This document shows positions 1-8,009 of a DNA stretch of 51,408 nucleotides, piece after piece. The stretch is from a virus. Taxonomy: Duplodnaviria; Caudoviricetes. Numbering within the stretch: the stretch's first letter is position 1; each line of letters begins with the position of its first letter. The stretch spans positions 1 to 51,408 of the IMG/VR virus record IMGVR_UViG_3300042923_000961; one strand, 5' to 3'. A model generated the notes under the pieces. The model was not told the DNA's origin. It saw only the letters and a program-made list of their open reading frames with translations, and did not search any database. Both the position numbers and the translations under genes were made by a program.

Positions 1-108
1 AACGGATTTCCGTTTTCACTCGTAAATTCCTCCTTTTGGTAGTGGTTACCCAAAGTATTGACAGGAATTTACGAGTTTTTTCATGCCCCGAAACTATTTA
101 CATTTCAC
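1..108 (-). mobile_element. Possible IS left end; hairpin occludes the RBS of an ORF running off the window
   Basis: Inverted repeat ACTCGTAAATTCCT (18-31) / AGGAATTTACGAGT (63-76). The minus strand reads AGGAGG-AATTTACGA-GTG AAA ACG GAA. The layout resembles ISLre2/IS256-type left ends, but no transposase is visible. Confidence 0.3.
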
Positions 109-272
109 AGAAAATGACCATGAATCTAATTTCGAAACAAGACAATCAATAAAAACCCGTATCTATAATCTGCGTGGTACTTATATCGGATGCCTTCAAT
201 TTCTAAGTTCTTTTTATGAATCATATGTTTCTAGCAAAAGCTAATAAATGAATCATGTTATATAGTTTTCCT

Positions 273-297
273 CCCCGGCCAACGCCGGGGCTTTTTT
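273..297 (+). terminator. Intrinsic terminator
   Basis: CCCCGGC-CAAC-GCCGGGG followed by CTTTTTT. Confidence 0.7.
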
Positions 298-484
298 ATG
301 AAAAATGGAGCCCATGCATTCGCAGTCTTTATAATGAAAAAGTTTTTCACGCGTTACCGGTTGTTTGCTCTAAGGCTATAAGCCTTTTGCTACCGACCAG
401 CGTCTCAAGGCGCTGGCCTTCACTTTGTTCAGGCTATATTGCCTTTGCCTCTTTTGCTTACCCATAAATGGGTATTCGTACTAC

Positions 485-1252
485 TCAGTGACCTCTGAAG
501 GGGTCCTCATATTCCCGGACGCTTAATTTATCCTTTACTTTCTCGGAAAGTGTTAAGTTGTCGTCCATCGTAAAATGCAGGACTAGGAAGTTCTTTTCTT
601 TTGCGTGATCAATGATCTCTACTTTCAGCCAGTGTTTCGGATGACCAGGGTTACAGTTGAAGAAGTATTTTTGCACCATCAACTGAACAGCGTCCCATAA
701 CCTGGTCGACAAATGATTTTGGCATAAGAGCCGCTTCATACAAATTCCCGCTGCAGTCAACCCTTGCACTTTATCTTGCGACTTCTCATTATCGCCACCA
801 AACACATAATAAGTGTTGTTTCCAATCTCGACCTTTGGATCGTCAGATCGAGTGTATTTATAAGCAATTCCTTTGGCGACTAGAATTTGAAACAGTGGAT
901 TCAGGACGTTTTGTTTCAAAGCGCCCATGGTCTTGCTGCCAAGGATGAAGTTCTCCCCGTCAAAAGTATCTAGGGACCAAGTCAGAAACGAGTCGATCAT
1001 AGCAAATGTTTTGCCAGCACGTATTGAACCTTTGGCAATAATACCTTCATAGTCTGCATACGGACTTACACCGGGTAACCACCATGTTAACAGCTTAATC
1101 TGCTGATCAGAGAACGGTTTGAATTGGAACCCTTTATTCTTCTTCATTGTTCCACACTTCCGATGCCTTGCCCTTGAGTGCATCAACATAAGACGAAATG
1201 TCTGGTTTATCCGGTGTGCTGTCCCTGCGCTTGATATCTGACTTAATGTCAT
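485..1252 (-). pseudogene. Terminase large subunit remnant (PBSX-like) of an older prophage
   Basis: Walker A GSIRAGKT, QGLTAAG and NCNPGHPKHW motifs are present. The Walker B segment (EAALMPKSFVDQVMGRCSVDGAK) lies in another frame between two compensating frameshifts (~665-745). The nuclease domain is missing. Confidence 0.85.
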
Positions 1253-1328
1253 CTTTTACTTAGTATTTTATATAGATGCATTTCAAGCTATTGTAACAAA
1301 ATAATTCATTACTTTTAGTAATTCCTTT

Positions 1329-1388
1329 CAGCACCAACGGTCACCGTATTTAGACTCTCGATATAAGAGCTGTTATCAATTCCCCGAC
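1329..1388 (-). repeat. Conserved ~60-nt element upstream of the remnant terL (copy B)
   Basis: About 75% identical by eye to 30896-30955; shared blocks CAGCACCAACGGT, GCTGTT-x-TCAA-x-TCCCCGAC. Confidence 0.75.
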
Positions 1389-1551
1389 ATATGTTACATT
1401 ACACCTACCTCCTAGTTATTGTTTGTTACAAAAGAAAAAGAGCCCAAAGGACTCTTATTTTTAATACATCCGATTTATTGCCTATTTGCTGGCAAAAGGC
1501 TTGAGAAAGCTCCAGCCTTACCGCCAGTACCCATACAATACATCCTCAAGT

Positions 1552-1582
1552 AAAGAGCACCTTGCACCCGGGTGCTCTTTTA
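1552..1582. terminator. Bidirectional intrinsic terminator
   Basis: AAAGAGCACC ... GGTGCTCTTT 10-bp stem. Confidence 0.6.
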
Positions 1583-2009
1583 TTGCACTCAAACGATTCC
1601 TAATAAAATAAGATCTCTATCCGTTTTACCACCTCACCATTTCATCTCCCTAACTTCCTTCCAACTATCGTGCAGCCGTGCGTTCATATCATGCCTCTGC
1701 AACGGCTCATAGAGATGAACCTTTTGATCCCCTGCCAATAGAAAAGCAATATCCGTTTTCTTTGTGACATGCCGCTCCCTCCTAAAAAAAGGGGGCTTAT
1801 ACCGCTCCTGGTCCTTCTCCGTCATCATCATCTTTGGGATTATCAGTACGATCAAGTCTTTTTTTCATGTCTTCTTTGACCTTCTATTTGTACCAAGGTT
1901 CAGCCAATGAAGCTAGTCGTTTACGATACTCGTCCAGATCGTTAATCAGCCGTCCATCAGAGATGTTCAATTATGACGCGATTTTTAAGACGAAATAGAC
2001 TTACTTAAG

Positions 2010-2100
2010 ATGAATATTTATACTCATGTTGTGAAAAAAAGTCAAAGTTGAAGAAGCTGGAATGTATGGAGACTACATGAAAAAGCAAAAAGAAAATTAA
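2010..2100 (+). pseudogene. C-terminal fragment of a tyrosine integrase
   Basis: Reads NIYTHVVKK/(frameshift in A-run)/VKVEEAGMYGDYMKKQKEN*, matching the end of the intact integrase (NIYTHVSKKKKSAAFKKYENYMKKAENL*). It occupies the same position relative to the att repeat. Confidence 0.8.
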
Positions 2101-2125
2101 ATGTAGCCACAAGCCCATTTTCAGG

Positions 2126-2245
2126 CATAAAAAACACCCCTTCCGATTGCTCGGTAAGGGGCGTAAAACGTTGATAAATCAGCGTTTTGAGAACTGTGGA
2201 GCGCGACGGGCGCCTTTGAGTCCGTATTTTTTACGTTCTTTCATT
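2126..2245. repeat. Left att junction (displaced rpsI 3' end plus terminator)
   Basis: Near-identical direct repeat of 51290-51408. Confidence 0.95.
2179..2244 (-). pseudogene. rpsI: Duplicated 3' fragment of rpsI
   Basis: Encodes MKERKKYGLKGARRAPQFSKR*; the upstream sequence is not rpsI. Confidence 0.9.
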
Positions 2246-2343
2246 TCATACTAATCAACAGATATCACTTACTATTCAACGCCAATATGAAGCTATTTAT
2301 CTCCAAATTTACAATCATGAATAATCATCAGTAATCAGCTGAA

Positions 2344-2365
2344 CATCTTCAAAACATCTTCAAAA
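2344..2365 (+). promoter_or_regulatory. Integrase arm-type sites (left)
   Basis: CATCTTCAAAA x2; the same motif occurs x3 at 51245-51277. Confidence 0.75.
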
Positions 2366-2479
2366 ATTGTTTAGCAAATCATCCGGCTAAGATGACAAGG
2401 GGCACCTGCAGTCTCTGCAATTTGATAGCTTTTTCTTTTACTTTTCTTCCCATCAGCTACCTGTTTCTTCTATATTATA

Positions 2480-2686
2480 TTATGCTGTTTTAATTCGTTG
2501 ACTGGCAAAAATGCGATCCAGCGAAAATGTCCTGACTTGCTGACGGGAATAGCAGTATGCTTTGATATATGTTTCACCAGCATCAATCACATGGATATGA
2601 ATCTCAGAAAATTTTCCATCTTTCGCTAAAATATGATCTTCCAAACATCTTCGCACTTCATGCCTAAATCTGACTGTACAATTCAT
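2480..2686 (-). CDS. Small WYL-like protein, 5' end probably disrupted
   Basis: YIKAYCYSRQQVRTFSLDRI matches the WYL signature (AYC..R...RTF..DRI); no clear RBS. Confidence 0.55.
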   Translation of the reverse strand: MNCTVRFRHEVRRCLEDHILAKDGKFSEIHIHVIDAGETYIKAYCYSRQQVRTFSLDRIFASQRIKTA

Positions 2687-2731
2687 TTGAACGGGGAGGT
2701 GTATAGGCTTGACGATTAGAGATACGCAAAC

Positions 2732-2787
2732 AAATAGAAAACTTACCCCAATTACCTTTTTTTAGATTTGGGATAAGCTTTCTATTT
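2732..2787 (-). terminator. Long imperfect hairpin downstream of the secreted-protein gene
   Basis: AAATAGAAAACTTACCCCA ... TGGGATAAGCTTTCTATTT. Confidence 0.5.
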
Positions 2788-2804
2788 TGAAATCATATAT
2801 TGTA

Positions 2805-3338
2805 TTAATCAAAAACGATTTTCTTAATTGTAAATCCTCCAGAACGGGATTCTGTAATGGCGGAAGAAGCTTTCCCATTCCATCCTCCAATACGTTGACT
2901 GCCTGTAGGGACCATACCATTTGCTTTCAAAGATTCAATATAGACTCCATTATTTTTTTTCAATAGTTCATATATTTTATCTGCAGTATATCTATTGTTT
3001 AAACCATCGAAGAATGATGCAAATCCTAATACTGTTCCAAGTGCTGGATTATAGCGACCTACAGCAATAGAAATTGCATAATCTCCAATTTGATCTTTTT
3101 CACTTCCGATCGTTGTGAGCTTTCGGGCATACTCTTTAGCTTTTGTTCTATTCATAAAAACAGTGGTGAATTTATATCCACTTTCTGTAGAATAAATAAA
3201 CATCCCCTTAGGATTAGACGGCCCATAATAATTCGTATCTATTTGCCGCGCATAAGATGTTGAAGGAATCACAGGTAGTGAAGCAAAGACAAGACAAATA
3301 CTAGAAAGTAAAATTAAAATAGTTTTTCTGAATATCAT
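2805..3338 (-). CDS. Secreted protein of unknown function (moron)
   Basis: GAGGA RBS; Sec signal peptide ending SYA; internal Gly-rich hydrophobic stretch; AT-rich. Confidence 0.8.
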   Translation of the reverse strand: MIFRKTILILLSSICLVFASLPVIPSTSYARQIDTNYYGPSNPKGMFIYSTESGYKFTTVFMNRTKAKEYARKLTTIGSEKDQIGDYAISIAVGRYNPALGTVLGFASFFDGLNNRYTADKIYELLKKNNGVYIESLKANGMVPTGSQRIGGWNGKASSAITESRSGGFTIKKIVFD

Positions 3339-3416
3339 TTTTTTCCTCCTTATTTGGTAACATTAATATTCTTATTAAATTATAACTCTAGATACTATTT
3401 ATAATCCCGCATAAAT

Positions 3417-3455
3417 TATGCGTGGTCCCGCATATTTAATGCGGGACCACGCATA
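3417..3455. repeat. Perfect 17-bp inverted repeat
   Basis: TATGCGTGGTCCCGCAT-attta-ATGCGGGACCACGCATA. Confidence 0.9.
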
Positions 3456-3478
3456 TCACGCACGAATTATTAGAATTG

Positions 3479-3679
3479 TCACTTTGTTCGCTTCCTGGTA
3501 ATAAATTCATATAACTTATTGTTCAAAGGCTTACCAATTCTAAAACTATTACTTATGAACAGAACAACAAGAAATATAGCAAATTGTACGTAACTATATG
3601 GCATAAGATACATAAAAAAAATCATTAAAAAAACTAAAAAAACAAATGAAGTTACAGAAATTTTTTTTTTGATTTTCAT
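3479..3679 (-). CDS. Small two-TM basic membrane protein
   Basis: AGGTAGGA RBS; two hydrophobic segments; Lys-rich ends. Confidence 0.7.
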   Translation of the reverse strand: MKIKKKISVTSFVFLVFLMIFFMYLMPYSYVQFAIFLVVLFISNSFRIGKPLNNKLYEFITRKRTK

Positions 3680-3807
3680 TATTTTTGTGTCCTACCTTTT
3701 GTCGTTTATTTATAGTAAGCCTGCGCATTTACAGTATCTCTTATGAAAGTCTAACAAATTTATTTATCATGCTGGCTCAGATGTAAAAGATCTTTTCGTG
3801 ATATGTG

Positions 3808-3821
3808 CGAACAGGTGTTGG
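3808..3821. promoter_or_regulatory. Imperfect LexA (DinR) box
   Basis: CGAACAGGTGTTGG vs Bacillus consensus CGAAC-N4-GTTCG. Confidence 0.45.
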
Positions 3822-3929
3822 AAAGTTAATTAGCATAGGTAACATTCTTCTAAGTATACTTATGTAATATTTTTTTCTGATGACCTATAATTTCAAATGG
3901 AAGCCGTTAATATTTTTATCAAACACCAA

Positions 3930-3956
3930 AAACCTCTTGTAACCCAAGAGGTCTTT
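3930..3956 (-). terminator. Terminator after the TA operon
   Basis: ACCTCTTG-taacc-CAAGAGGT with a T-run on the minus strand. Confidence 0.65.
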
Positions 3957-3957
3957 A

Positions 3958-4980
3958 TTAGCTTATACTTAGGTCTTTTGCATATTCATATGAGATAGTC
4001 TGGCATTGCTTCGTTTCTTTCCAAGCTTCTTCTTTATGAGACATCTCTGACACTTCAGCAGCGTTGTGATCATTAAGTAAACTATAGACAGTATTTAAAG
4101 TACTCAATTCTTCTTCAGATAGAACATTGCTATTTAATTCTTCTGTAGCCTCAAATTTTTCAGCAGGATAATCTCCCCCAAAGTTAAAGTATGATCTAAC
4201 TATCCCACTTTCTTCTCTTGTTAATAATGTAAATAATAGTTCATAGTCATCAGGAACAGGTCCCATTGGAATATGCACGTACTTCAATCCCGTAATTGAT
4301 ACTGTAAACTTTTTAAAATGCAAAAAATCCGAATAAAATAGATATTTATTTAATTTAACTTTATATAATTTTTCATCTCTAAGAGCAAAATACTTAACAA
4401 TTTCCTTAAGTTTTTCGAGGGAAAACATTCTGAAACCAGTATCTTTGTTTGGAGTTAATTCAAAATGCTCTTCTATCTTTTTGTTTAATATCTCATCTCT
4501 TTGAGAAGATAAAATACTTTGAACATTATCTTTAATTTTTTTATATTCTCCATTTGTTATATTACTTTTATTTCCCTCTAAAATTTTTAACATATTAACT
4601 GGATCACTAAGAAGTTTTAAAGTAGTACTATGACCAGGGCTAGGAAGTACCCCGCTTTCATATTTTGAAATTGTAGCATGACTCCAACCAAGCAATTTCG
4701 CAGTCTGTCTCTGACTGAGACCATATTTTTTTCTAACTTCTGCTATTTGATCGGGGAATAATAAACCTTTTCTTTTTCGATATTCATTGTAAGCTAATTC
4801 AAAGTTTTCATCGGGATTATCAGGATCATACATCAATTCATTACACTGAGGACATTTATAATAGTGTGCAACAATTTCAACATTTTCGCCTTTAACTTTA
4901 AACGTCTTCTTTTTCGAAATTCTTTCAGTCTTCACTTCTTCTAGGCACTCAGTACAAAACACTCTCTTAAATATTTTCAT
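3958..4980 (-). CDS. Antitoxin: MqsA-like Zn finger, XRE HTH and Panacea/SocA (DUF4065) domain
   Basis: CTEC...CPQC; HTH GLSQRQTAKLLGWSHATISKYESG; KLNKYLFYSD...GPV...SHKEEAW Panacea motifs. Confidence 0.88.
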   Translation of the reverse strand: MKIFKRVFCTECLEEVKTERISKKKTFKVKGENVEIVAHYYKCPQCNELMYDPDNPDENFELAYNEYRKRKGLLFPDQIAEVRKKYGLSQRQTAKLLGWSHATISKYESGVLPSPGHSTTLKLLSDPVNMLKILEGNKSNITNGEYKKIKDNVQSILSSQRDEILNKKIEEHFELTPNKDTGFRMFSLEKLKEIVKYFALRDEKLYKVKLNKYLFYSDFLHFKKFTVSITGLKYVHIPMGPVPDDYELLFTLLTREESGIVRSYFNFGGDYPAEKFEATEELNSNVLSEEELSTLNTVYSLLNDHNAAEVSEMSHKEEAWKETKQCQTISYEYAKDLSIS

Positions 4981-5010
4981 TATTATCTCTCCTGGTATCC
5001 ATAATCAAAG

Positions 5011-5382
5011 TTATGCATACGGATATATCAAATCTCTTTCTGCGCGGTGAAAGGAAATACAGACACACTCATTATTATTTCCCGTTGGAATAATCTGAAT
5101 TTTAATATAAATTTCAATACCGCATACAAACTTTCCAAATTCCCAAATCGCACCTTTACGACTTCCGCTCCTACTAATATTACTGTTGGGCCCGTCACAG
5201 TAGTTTTTATATGTTAACCCCAAAATTTCATGAAAGCAATTAGTGGGGCTATACCCAAGTTCAGCTAATGTATTCTCATTTTTATCGCGCGGTTTAAGTT
5301 GAATGTGACCATTATCATCGTTTATCGCATCTTTAATTTTCAGTAATGCTGTATTGATTTGTACTTTATTCGCCTTGGGCAA
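5011..5382 (-). CDS. MqsR-like (RelE-fold) toxin
   Basis: LTYKNYCDGP...IWEFG...IYIKI...CISFH pattern; directly upstream of the MqsA-like antitoxin. Confidence 0.8.
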   Translation of the reverse strand: MPKANKVQINTALLKIKDAINDDNGHIQLKPRDKNENTLAELGYSPTNCFHEILGLTYKNYCDGPNSNISRSGSRKGAIWEFGKFVCGIEIYIKIQIIPTGNNNECVCISFHRAERDLIYPYA

Positions 5383-5424
5383 CGTGGCTCACATCCTGAG
5401 AAGCAGTTGATATCTTACAACCTT

Positions 5425-5452
5425 ATTTTACTTCTCCCATGGCCAATGTCAA
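5425..5452 (-). promoter_or_regulatory. Sigma-A promoter of the TA operon
   Basis: TTGACA-N16-TAAAAT on the minus strand. Confidence 0.65.
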
Positions 5453-5574
5453 TATTTTTGTTATTAATTAATAACACTTTATGCATTTTGCCCTTTTTTG
5501 TTACACACTATTCATTTATGGTGAAAAGTTTAAAAAATATGTACACCCGGTCATCCGGGCGGTGAATCATTATG

Positions 5575-5979
5575 TTATTTATGTGCAGTTGGTGACTGAA
5601 CTGCATTGCTACCTGGTACCGTCTGCTGCACTTCCTGAGCGACTTCTTTAACATCGGCATCGGCAGCACTTTCACCAGTCGCAATGAGTTGAGCGACCTG
5701 TTCTTTAGTAACTTTAAATCCTTGTTTCTGTGCAAATGCCGCAATTATTGAAGAACTCTTATCGACCGTCTCCGGAGAAGTTAGCACTTCTTCGGCCGCG
5801 TTCTTTACGTCTTGCACTAGCTTTTCAAGCGCGGGCTTACTTTGTACAAAAGCTTCAGCCTTTTTGATTTTTGTCAGGTCAATGTGATGCTTAATATAAA
5901 TAATAAAAAAGCCACCGGCTACGGTGACAACTGCTTTTACTGTATCTGTAAGTCCACTTGAAATGATTGATTGAAACAT
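5575..5979 (-). CDS. Holin (LL-H-like)
   Basis: Single N-terminal TM helix; immediately downstream of the endolysin. Confidence 0.65.
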   Translation of the reverse strand: MFQSIISSGLTDTVKAVVTVAGGFFIIYIKHHIDLTKIKKAEAFVQSKPALEKLVQDVKNAAEEVLTSPETVDKSSSIIAAFAQKQGFKVTKEQVAQLIATGESAADADVKEVAQEVQQTVPGSNAVQSPTAHK

Positions 5980-5992
5980 GTAAATCTCTCCC

Positions 5993-7159
5993 TTATTTTA
6001 ATTTAAGCTTCTGACCAGGATGGATCAGATCGCTATGCAAATGATTTATCTTTTTAAGATTAGTGACGGTTGTATGATGTGTCTTTGCAATCTTCCACAA
6101 ATTGTCTCCACGATGAACCGTGTAGTGCTTTGAGGACTTTTTCACCGCTTTTTTACCTACTGGCTTTTTGACAGCCTTCTTCGTAACTTGCTTGACGACT
6201 TTTGCAGGAGCCGGCTTGGTTCCACTCTTAAGTTTTGCCAACAGTGCAATATTCTGCGCTGCCGTTCCCCGGTAATTGTTGATGCCGTAAGACTTCGCCA
6301 GTTTTTCCCGAGCGGAATAACCCCATGCCTTTTTGTGCTGTTTGAGCCAATTAACCAGACTTACGCTGCCGATCTTTTTTACTTTTTTCGGTGCAGTAGC
6401 GTTCGGGGCTACATACCGACTTGCGTATTTGCCGGCAAAGTCCTGAGACACATCAAAGCTACCGCTGATGCCAATAAAATGGTAAGAGGATGACCACTGC
6501 CAAGCCCCGCGGCCATTACTCCAAACCGGCTCATTAAAGTTTGAAGAGTACCTCGCGAGCCATGGTTGTGAGATTGATAGTTTGTCTGGATACAGATGAC
6601 CATTATAGAAAGCAGATCCGCTGTAAAGATCTACTGTCGGATAGCCTAGTTGGTGCATCTCAGTGACAAAGGCATTAGCTGCGTTCGTCAACATCGATTT
6701 TGAGGCAGTCGGTAGCTCGATATCCACAGTCACGATACCATCACGCAGTTTATCAAAGCCGACGACCTGCAGCTGTTTGTTAAACCAATCAGCTTCTGTT
6801 TTAGCTTCGCCTACTGACTTAAATCGAGCAAAATGGTATGCACTGACTGCCAGCCCTGCCGCTTTGGCATTAGCGATATTGACGGACGCCGCTGGGTCGA
6901 TGTAGTTTGTACCATCTGACACTTTTACGACAACACCATTTACACCGGCAGCCTTAATCGTCTGGTAAAAGCTGAGCGGAAGACCACCCTGCGCATTGTG
7001 GTGTGATACGTCGATAAAATCGACTTTTGGCGTAGCTGCCTGTGCCCGAAATGGTGCACAAAAAGAGAGCACCAACGCTATGGTCAGTGCCCCGGAAATA
7101 AAACCGTTTAGTAACCTTTTCAAAGTACATCGCCTCTTCTTATTATGATATTTTTCCAT
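5993..7159 (-). CDS. Endolysin: GH25 muramidase plus LysM, with signal peptide
   Basis: [29 protein letters not shown]25 motifs; C-terminal Lys[14 protein letters not shown]; alternative TTG start at 7123. Confidence 0.92.
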   Translation of the reverse strand: MEKYHNKKRRCTLKRLLNGFISGALTIALVLSFCAPFRAQAATPKVDFIDVSHHNAQGGLPLSFYQTIKAAGVNGVVVKVSDGTNYIDPAASVNIANAKAAGLAVSAYHFARFKSVGEAKTEADWFNKQLQVVGFDKLRDGIVTVDIELPTASKSMLTNAANAFVTEMHQLGYPTVDLYSGSAFYNGHLYPDKLSISQPWLARYSSNFNEPVWSNGRGAWQWSSSYHFIGISGSFDVSQDFAGKYASRYVAPNATAPKKVKKIGSVSLVNWLKQHKKAWGYSAREKLAKSYGINNYRGTAAQNIALLAKLKSGTKPAPAKVVKQVTKKAVKKPVGKKAVKKSSKHYTVHRGDNLWKIAKTHHTTVTNLKKINHLHSDLIHPGQKLKLK

Positions 7160-7204
7160 TTTTCTTTTTTCGCCTCCTTTCTCTGTTATGTAAATTAAAA
7201 ACGC

Positions 7205-7453
7205 CTACCGGTGCGGCAAGCGTTGCTCAATTCCATCAAGTTTTGTCACAATTATGTCGTACTTCTCACTGAACTCACTCAGGACCTTTGTTTGATCATT
7301 TATCAAATCATTAAGCCTCTGTTCTCTGTTTTGAGATGCTTTCTCTCGTTCATGAGCTTCTTTTCTATATGCATAAAGTAACCAAACAAAAATAAGCGCC
7401 CATGGCCCTTGTGTAATAAAATACTGCACTGTATCAGCTTCCAATTCTGTCAC
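7205..7453 (-). CDS. BhlA/UviB-family holin-like protein
   Basis: TQGPWALIFVWLL...REQRL signature. Confidence 0.85.
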   Translation of the reverse strand: MTELEADTVQYFITQGPWALIFVWLLYAYRKEAHEREKASQNREQRLNDLINDQTKVLSEFSEKYDIIVTKLDGIEQRLPHR

Positions 7454-7544
7454 TCCTTACATGATTGGTCATCCTCTCGCCCCTTTTGACAAAATAAAAA
7501 AGACACCGATCGGCTCGACGTCTTCCCTCCTTTATTGAAATGTT

Positions 7545-7568
7545 AAATTCGCAAGCGTTTGCGAATTT
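7545..7568. promoter_or_regulatory. 24-bp palindrome, intergenic copy
   Basis: AAATTCGCAA-gcgt-TTGCGAATTT; 22/24 identical to 34136-34159. Confidence 0.7.
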
Positions 7569-7570
7569 GA

Positions 7571-7708
7571 TTACTGCTGATTAAACTGCGGTGTTGCTAA
7601 AATCGTGTCCGCTTGATCTTGCGTGATATATCCTTTCGTTACACAATTTTGCACGTTAGTTTCGGTAAACTTTTTCATTACCCATTGATTTAAGATGAAA
7701 TTATACAT
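7571..7708 (-). CDS. XkdX-like small tail-module protein (45 aa, not in ORF track)
   Basis: GGAGGTG RBS; MYNFILNQWVMKK...VTKGYITQDQADTIL. Confidence 0.75.
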   Translation of the reverse strand: MYNFILNQWVMKKFTETNVQNCVTKGYITQDQADTILATPQFNQQ

Positions 7709-7711
7709 TCG

Positions 7712-7996
7712 TTACACCTCCATTAATGCAGAAATAGCCGCCTCAGTAGCTGATAAACGATCTTCTAGTGATGGTGGTTGCGGCACTAATTCTGGAATAA
7801 ATTCAACGAAGATTTCCTCGAATGTTGTACCATTTATATCACCGATATGGAATTGTCTACCCTGTGATTGTTGTTCAAAGAATTGATTATAGACATCGTC
7901 ATATATTGGAACATCCGTCTCTAAAACTTGGTTGATATCAGAGTCTTTAAATCCGAAAGATCCACTTTGTTCAATTGATAAATATTTTTGGCCCAT
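7712..7996 (-). CDS. Tail fibre assembly chaperone-like protein
   Basis: Follows the fibre gene; C-terminal PSLEDRLSATEAAI. Confidence 0.65.
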   Translation of the reverse strand: MGQKYLSIEQSGSFGFKDSDINQVLETDVPIYDDVYNQFFEQQSQGRQFHIGDINGTTFEEIFVEFIPELVPQPPSLEDRLSATEAAISALMEV

Positions 7997-8009
7997 TAAT
8001 AGCCCTCCC

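Noticed and set aside
1634-1855. 73-aa ORF in the remnant region
   Set aside because: No RBS or recognisable motif; probably decayed sequence
2196-2212. Att core resembling a tRNA/tmRNA 3' end (CCCGTCGCGCTCCA on the minus strand)
   Set aside because: The whole repeat translates as the ribosomal protein S9 C-terminus, and there is no T-loop or cloverleaf
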